DNA of 64,000 nucleotides, taken from the NCBI GenBank assembly GCA_964455815.1, contig CAYVYS010000007.1:2887-66886 (forward strand), written 5' to 3'. The notes under the pieces were generated by a model. The model saw nothing but the letters and a program-made list of their open reading frames with translations, was not told where the DNA came from and did not search any database. Of this stretch, positions 59,344 through 64,000 are shown one piece after another. Both the position numbers and the translations under genes were made by a program. The stretch's first letter is position 1, and each line of letters opens with the position of its first letter. This DNA is from an uncultured Gammaproteobacteria bacterium. Its GTDB lineage: Bacteria > Pseudomonadota > Gammaproteobacteria > Arenicellales > Arenicellaceae.

Positions 59344-60207
59344 ATGAGCAAAAAGAAAAAACGATTGGGCCGCGGTCTTGATGCATTACTAAGCAGCTCG
59401 GAACCACAGAGCACCGCTAGCGATTCTTCCAGCACGAGTAATATCAACTCTTTGCCAATCGAAGTGTTGCAGCCCGGGCAGTATCAACCGCGCACCAATA
59501 TGGATCCTGAATCCTTGCAGGAGCTGGCCGCATCGATTCAATCTCAGGGCATTATTCAACCAATCTTAGTGCGCCCGATTGCGGGCGGAAATTACGAAAT
59601 CATTGCTGGTGAACGCCGTTGGCGAGCCGCGCAGATCGCACAACTCGATCAAGTGCCGGTATTAGTTAGAGACATCCCTGATGAGGCAACTCTGGCTGTT
59701 GCATTGATTGAAAATATCCAGCGCGAGAATCTCAACCCAGTAGAAGAAGCCTTGGGCTTAAAACGATTAGTAGACGAGTTTGATCTTACTCACGAAGAGA
59801 TGGCGAAAAGCGTTGGTCGCTCGCGAACCTCGGTGACGAATTTATTGCGCTTATTAAGCCTTAGCCACGGCGCTAAGCAACTACTCGAGCACGGTAAAAT
59901 TGAAATGGGCCACGCTCGAGCCTTGCTGGGTTTGCCGGTGGAACAGCAAGACTGGGCCGCCGCCGAAGTCTATACCAAACGCTTGAATGTACGTCAGACC
60001 GAAGATTTAGTGCGTAAGTACGGCAATAGCAAAAAGTCGAAAAAGCCGGCTGCACAAAAGAGTGCCGATATTCGCGACCTAGAAGAACAGCTCGCTGAGA
60101 AGCTCGGCACCAAAGTTTCGGTTGTAGATAAAAATGGCAAAGGTAAGCTAATTATCGAATATAAAAATCTCGATATCTTAGATGGAATAATTGCTCACAT
60201 TAAGTGA
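59344..60207 (+). CDS. parB: Chromosome partitioning protein ParB
   Basis: LGRGLDALL, QPR, IIQPI, IIAGERRWRAA, ENIQRENL, GRSR..VTN..RLL, MGHARALL. Confidence 0.97.
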   Translation: MSKKKKRLGRGLDALLSSSEPQSTASDSSSTSNINSLPIEVLQPGQYQPRTNMDPESLQELAASIQSQGIIQPILVRPIAGGNYEIIAGERRWRAAQIAQLDQVPVLVRDIPDEATLAVALIENIQRENLNPVEEALGLKRLVDEFDLTHEEMAKSVGRSRTSVTNLLRLLSLSHGAKQLLEHGKIEMGHARALLGLPVEQQDWAAAEVYTKRLNVRQTEDLVRKYGNSKKSKKPAAQKSADIRDLEEQLAEKLGTKVSVVDKNGKGKLIIEYKNLDILDGIIAHIK

Positions 60208-60228
60208 TTGGCGTCGAGCCAGACTGAT

Positions 60229-60696
60229 TCATTCTTGCTCGAGCTCTTCCAGTCGCTCCGACTCGGCTTGAATCATAGATTGTAATTCTGCCATGTTGGC
60301 TTGCACACGAGTCATGCCGATCTGAGCTCCCTGAGCCATGAGTGCCGGCATTTTTTCTAAGGTTTTTTTACCTACCTCTGTGGAATAAAAGCGATTGATT
60401 TCCTGGAGTTCGGAAGCAGTAAATTCTTCAGAGTAAATTTTCAATATTGCTGGCTTTATGGAATCCCAACTCAAATGCTTATCGAAAAACTCGATCATGA
60501 CGTTTTTATAGGGCGCAAGATCTGGGTTCTGTTGCAATTGAACGTCAATCAATTGAGACATAGATCGGCTCATTAGGTCTTCCATTCCCAAAGAATCTAA
60601 CAAAATTTCGGCTTCTTTCTCTGCAGCAGATTGAGCATAGGCATTGATGTTTATAATCAGACAAGTAAGTAGAGTAAGTATTTTCAATTGTTTCAT
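60229..60696 (-). CDS. DUF2059 domain secreted protein
   Basis: Signal peptide; YSEEFTASELQEINRFYSTEVGKK motif. Confidence 0.85.
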   Translation of the reverse strand: MKQLKILTLLTCLIININAYAQSAAEKEAEILLDSLGMEDLMSRSMSQLIDVQLQQNPDLAPYKNVMIEFFDKHLSWDSIKPAILKIYSEEFTASELQEINRFYSTEVGKKTLEKMPALMAQGAQIGMTRVQANMAELQSMIQAESERLEELEQE

Positions 60697-60740
60697 TTTG
60701 TCTCCAAAGCAGAATCTCTATTTAATAACGTGTTGGTTTT

Positions 60741-62483
60741 CTAAAGTGATGCAGCTGGGTTTAACATAGCCTGCATAACCTCTTTGAGTTCTCTCACCTC
60801 TACCGGTTTGTGTAAGATTTGATAGCCGGTATCCAATACCTCTTTAAGTCTATCAGGTGAAGTATCGCCAGTAACAATGACACTTGGAATACTACGATTA
60901 AATTTTTCTTCAATTCGCTGGCAAACTGAGGTGCCGGTTTGGTTATTGCGCAGTCTATAGTCTGCGATAATAAAGTCGGGCACAAAAGGATGCGCTTCGA
61001 TGTGTGCCAGCACTTGTTCTTGCGATTCGCAGCAAATCGCCGTGCAGCCCCATTCCTTTAATAGATGATCCATGCTTTCTAAGATGCTCATATCATCATC
61101 GATCACCAATATAGTCAGACCACTGAGATATGCGGTTTGTTCAGTTTGCTGTGTCTGTTTGGACTCGGCTGGTTTGCCTGGTTGAGTTTGAAGTCGAAAT
61201 GTAGAACCTTTTTCAACGGTTGATTCAACTGTGATTGGAATATCCAGCAAATCACATAGCCTTTTGGAAATCGCCAAACCCAGGCCAAAGCCCTGATTAC
61301 GATCTCGCTCTGGGTTACCAAGTTGATAGTATTCAGAAAATATATTGTTCAGTTCGTTAGATGGAATACCACATCCACTGTCTTTAACAGCAATCTCAAC
61401 TCCTTGGTCAGTTACTATCACTTTGATCTCCACTACGCCCTCGCTAGTAAACTTAATGGCGTTGGAAACTAAATTCCGAATAACTCTGGCGAGTAAAGCG
61501 CGGTCGGTATAAACATAGCAAATGGGGCAATCGACTGATAAGCGAACTTCTTTGCTTTCGGCGCGGGTTTTAAATTCGGCCTCGACTTCTTCTAACAAGT
61601 TTTGCAAAGAGAAATTTTCCAGTGAAACTTCAACTACTCCGGCATCAAGCTTGGAAACATCGAGCAAGCTTCGAAAGGAATTGCCCAAGGCTTCCATCGA
61701 TCTAGCAATGCCTGCGAGTAGTTTTTTGGCGGTGTCGCCACTTAGCTGATGTTCCAGCGCTGAAATCAATAAACCGGTGGCATGTAATGGCTGCCTTAGA
61801 TCATGACTGGCAGCGGCCAAAAAACGATTTTTGTCTTCAACGGATTTTTCAGCAATACGTTTTTCCTGAACAAGTGATTCGGCTAAGGCTTGTTTCTCAA
61901 GCTGCAAACGAATCAGATCGGTGACCTCAATATTTGAAATACGCGCCAGATACAAAATAAAGGCATTAAAAAACAAAAAGCCGATCGTGAAGCTGGCGAA
62001 AATACCACCTTGGAAAAACAAAAACACACTGCTTAAAGAGGCAAAAAGCGGGAACCAAAAAACCAAAAAAGTTGTTCGTGAGGCAGATAAAGCGACGGTG
62101 CTTGAGACTAAAAAGATGAAGTAAGTAAAAATAAACACCAACAACACAAGCGAGTCATCGGTCGAAAAGAAAAACGGTAGAGCCAGTGCCCAAAAGAGGC
62201 TGGCCAAGCCAACATTGGCACTATAGAGATTTAAGTAGTCGTGAACATTATCGACAGTAATCTTAGCAGCATCCAACTTGGGGTAGAGCCAGACCCCTCG
62301 TAGCAAAATGATGGCCAGATTAGGTACTAACCAAACCCAGATCACGGCCAGGGTATTTGTATGCCAGTTGAAAAACGCAAAGCTTGAGACCAGCAGTAAT
62401 AATGCCCAATTTGGTGTTCGTCGATTGTTGAGGATTTTAAACACCTCGACGAGAATCAAATTTTTAGACTGCGATTCGTTCAT
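60741..62483 (-). CDS. Hybrid sensor histidine kinase (TM sensor-HisKA-HATPase-REC)
   Basis: Multi-TM N-terminus; AAASHDLRQPL, NLVSNAIKFT, DSGCGI, GFGLGL; REC IDDD..IADYRL..HKP. Confidence 0.92.
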   Translation of the reverse strand: MNESQSKNLILVEVFKILNNRRTPNWALLLLVSSFAFFNWHTNTLAVIWVWLVPNLAIILLRGVWLYPKLDAAKITVDNVHDYLNLYSANVGLASLFWALALPFFFSTDDSLVLLVFIFTYFIFLVSSTVALSASRTTFLVFWFPLFASLSSVFLFFQGGIFASFTIGFLFFNAFILYLARISNIEVTDLIRLQLEKQALAESLVQEKRIAEKSVEDKNRFLAAASHDLRQPLHATGLLISALEHQLSGDTAKKLLAGIARSMEALGNSFRSLLDVSKLDAGVVEVSLENFSLQNLLEEVEAEFKTRAESKEVRLSVDCPICYVYTDRALLARVIRNLVSNAIKFTSEGVVEIKVIVTDQGVEIAVKDSGCGIPSNELNNIFSEYYQLGNPERDRNQGFGLGLAISKRLCDLLDIPITVESTVEKGSTFRLQTQPGKPAESKQTQQTEQTAYLSGLTILVIDDDMSILESMDHLLKEWGCTAICCESQEQVLAHIEAHPFVPDFIIADYRLRNNQTGTSVCQRIEEKFNRSIPSVIVTGDTSPDRLKEVLDTGYQILHKPVEVRELKEVMQAMLNPAASL

Positions 62484-62490
62484 TTGTTAA

Positions 62491-64000
62491 CTAGCTTATG
62501 GAAGGAGCTGAAGTTGCCTCAACAATCGCGAGTTTAAGTTGTTTGGTTTCGATCGGCTTATATAACACCTGATAGCCTGTTTCGAGAGCAAGGTTTATCC
62601 TTTCTGGCGCAGTATCGCCGGTAATTAAAATAGCGGGGATTGGGCTATTGAATTCCTCACGCAGTTGCTCGATCAGCCGATCGCCACTCTCCTCCTTTAA
62701 ACGCAGATCACTAATTATCAAATCTGGTTTGATGTGTTGTTGGGTAAGGCGTTCAATGATCTTGGTGCCCGTTGTCGCGGTAATGACCTGACAGCCCCAG
62801 GTGCTTATAACATCTTGCATGCCAGACAAAATATCATCTTCGTCGTCGACGATGGTGACAATCAAACCGCGCAAACTTTTTTGTGGAGACTGATGTACCA
62901 AACTTTTGGTTGGGCTAGCTGACTGAGTCAGCTCTAAGGTCAGCGTAGTGCCCGAACCAACTTCGGATCGAATCCCGATGGGGATACCCGCCAGATCACA
63001 CAGTCTTTTAACAATCGAGAGACCAAGCCCCAGGCCTTTGTCGCGGTTGCGCTCAGGATTATTAAGCTGTTGAAACTCATCAAAAATAGTATCCAAGTTT
63101 GCGGCTGGTATTCCGACCCCTGAGTCTTCGATAGACAAGCGAACTAATTCATCGTGGCTTTTCGATTTGATTTTAACGCCGCCTTTAGCGGTAAACTTTA
63201 CGGCGTTGTCAATTAGGTTACTCAGAATTCGCTGAATTATCATCGGGTCGCACCAAACCGCGGTTTCGGGCGCTATGTCGATGACAAAATCGATACCCTG
63301 TGTTTGTGGTCTAACCTCATCTAGTAATTGGTTTACTAATGGTAAAAGCTCAATTGATATCGGCTCATTCTGTACCGCGCTGGCATCAAGCTTGGATATA
63401 TCAAGTAAGCTGTGCAGCATTTTATTAAGGCTGCGCAAAGAGCGGCTGATCTTATCCAGGGTTTGAGCATCCTTCTCATCTTTGTTGCGATATCGAAGTG
63501 AATCGACAAACAAATTGATCGCATTTAAGGGTTGGCGTAAATCATGGCTGGCGGCGGCAAAAAACTGCGTCTTAGAATGCGTAGCGCGCGTGGCCACGTT
63601 CCGTTCCTGCTCAAGGTCATCTACTAATTGCAGTTTCTCAAACGTAGTTTGAGCATATTGTTTGAATAAGATGTGCATATTACAGGCGGCATACACCAAT
63701 ATGCCAATATAGAGAATTAATGCGACTTTGAGAAAGTCGTAGACCTCGCCTTGATAGTTAAACAACATTAACCAAAATGGCAAGCTAATGCCTGCTGCAA
63801 AGCTGCAGAATACTGGTGCGTAGAAAAACGTGGTTGGCACAGCCGCAGAAACGTAACCGGTGAATACACAGCACATGATCACCATGAACACCAGATCGCC
63901 GTCAGTATGAAACCAACCAGGCAAGACGCCCCAACTTAAGCCCATTAGCAGGGCCGAAAGGCATGCTCTTAGCATCCACAAATCACCTGCCATGCCTTTC
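62491..64000 (-). CDS. Second hybrid sensor histidine kinase (5' end outside window)
   Basis: AAASHDLRQPL, NLIDNAVKFT, DSGVGI, GLGLGL; REC VDDE..ISDLRL..YKP. Frame stays open to the window edge. Confidence 0.9.
   Translation of the reverse strand, partial: KGMAGDLWMLRACLSALLMGLSWGVLPGWFHTDGDLVFMVIMCCVFTGYVSAAVPTTFFYAPVFCSFAAGISLPFWLMLFNYQGEVYDFLKVALILYIGILVYAACNMHILFKQYAQTTFEKLQLVDDLEQERNVATRATHSKTQFFAAASHDLRQPLNAINLFVDSLRYRNKDEKDAQTLDKISRSLRSLNKMLHSLLDISKLDASAVQNEPISIELLPLVNQLLDEVRPQTQGIDFVIDIAPETAVWCDPMIIQRILSNLIDNAVKFTAKGGVKIKSKSHDELVRLSIEDSGVGIPAANLDTIFDEFQQLNNPERNRDKGLGLGLSIVKRLCDLAGIPIGIRSEVGSGTTLTLELTQSASPTKSLVHQSPQKSLRGLIVTIVDDEDDILSGMQDVISTWGCQVITATTGTKIIERLTQQHIKPDLIISDLRLKEESGDRLIEQLREEFNSPIPAILITGDTAPERINLALETGYQVLYKPIETKQLKLAIVEATSAPSIS

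Overview
Core chromosome segment from a Gammaproteobacterium, spanning the replication-origin region. A marine-type lineage is inferred from gene content only. Most of the window is housekeeping: groES/fxsA; dsbD-tlpA-prmA-DUF3426-dusB-fis-purH; ahcY-metF; cysI; pepN; ctpA-envC; secB; apaH/apaG; gyrB-dnaN-dnaA | rpmH-rnpA-yidD-yidC-mnmE ... mnmG-rsmG-parA-parB. Accessory genes are interspersed. Well-supported non-coding elements are a perfect CIRCE upstream of groES, a TPP riboswitch heading a TonB receptor-YkoF-PnuC-kinase thiamine salvage operon, a SAH riboswitch upstream of ahcY, two parS sites between dnaN and gyrB (where recF normally lies), a DnaA-box cluster between dnaA and dnaN (candidate oriC), and two MITE-like elements with IS5-type ends. 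The most intriguing unexplained items are: (i) an unrecognised structured leader upstream of metF whose loop is complementary to the Shine-Dalgarno (candidate new translational switch); (ii) a family-I-like secreted lipase paired with a membrane-anchored partner that does not look like a Lif foldase, inserted between mnmE and mnmG; (iii) an unannotated 33-aa membrane peptide ending the cysI operon. No tRNA, rRNA, CRISPR array, transposase or prophage was seen. All calls come from reading motifs by eye; no database searches were run.
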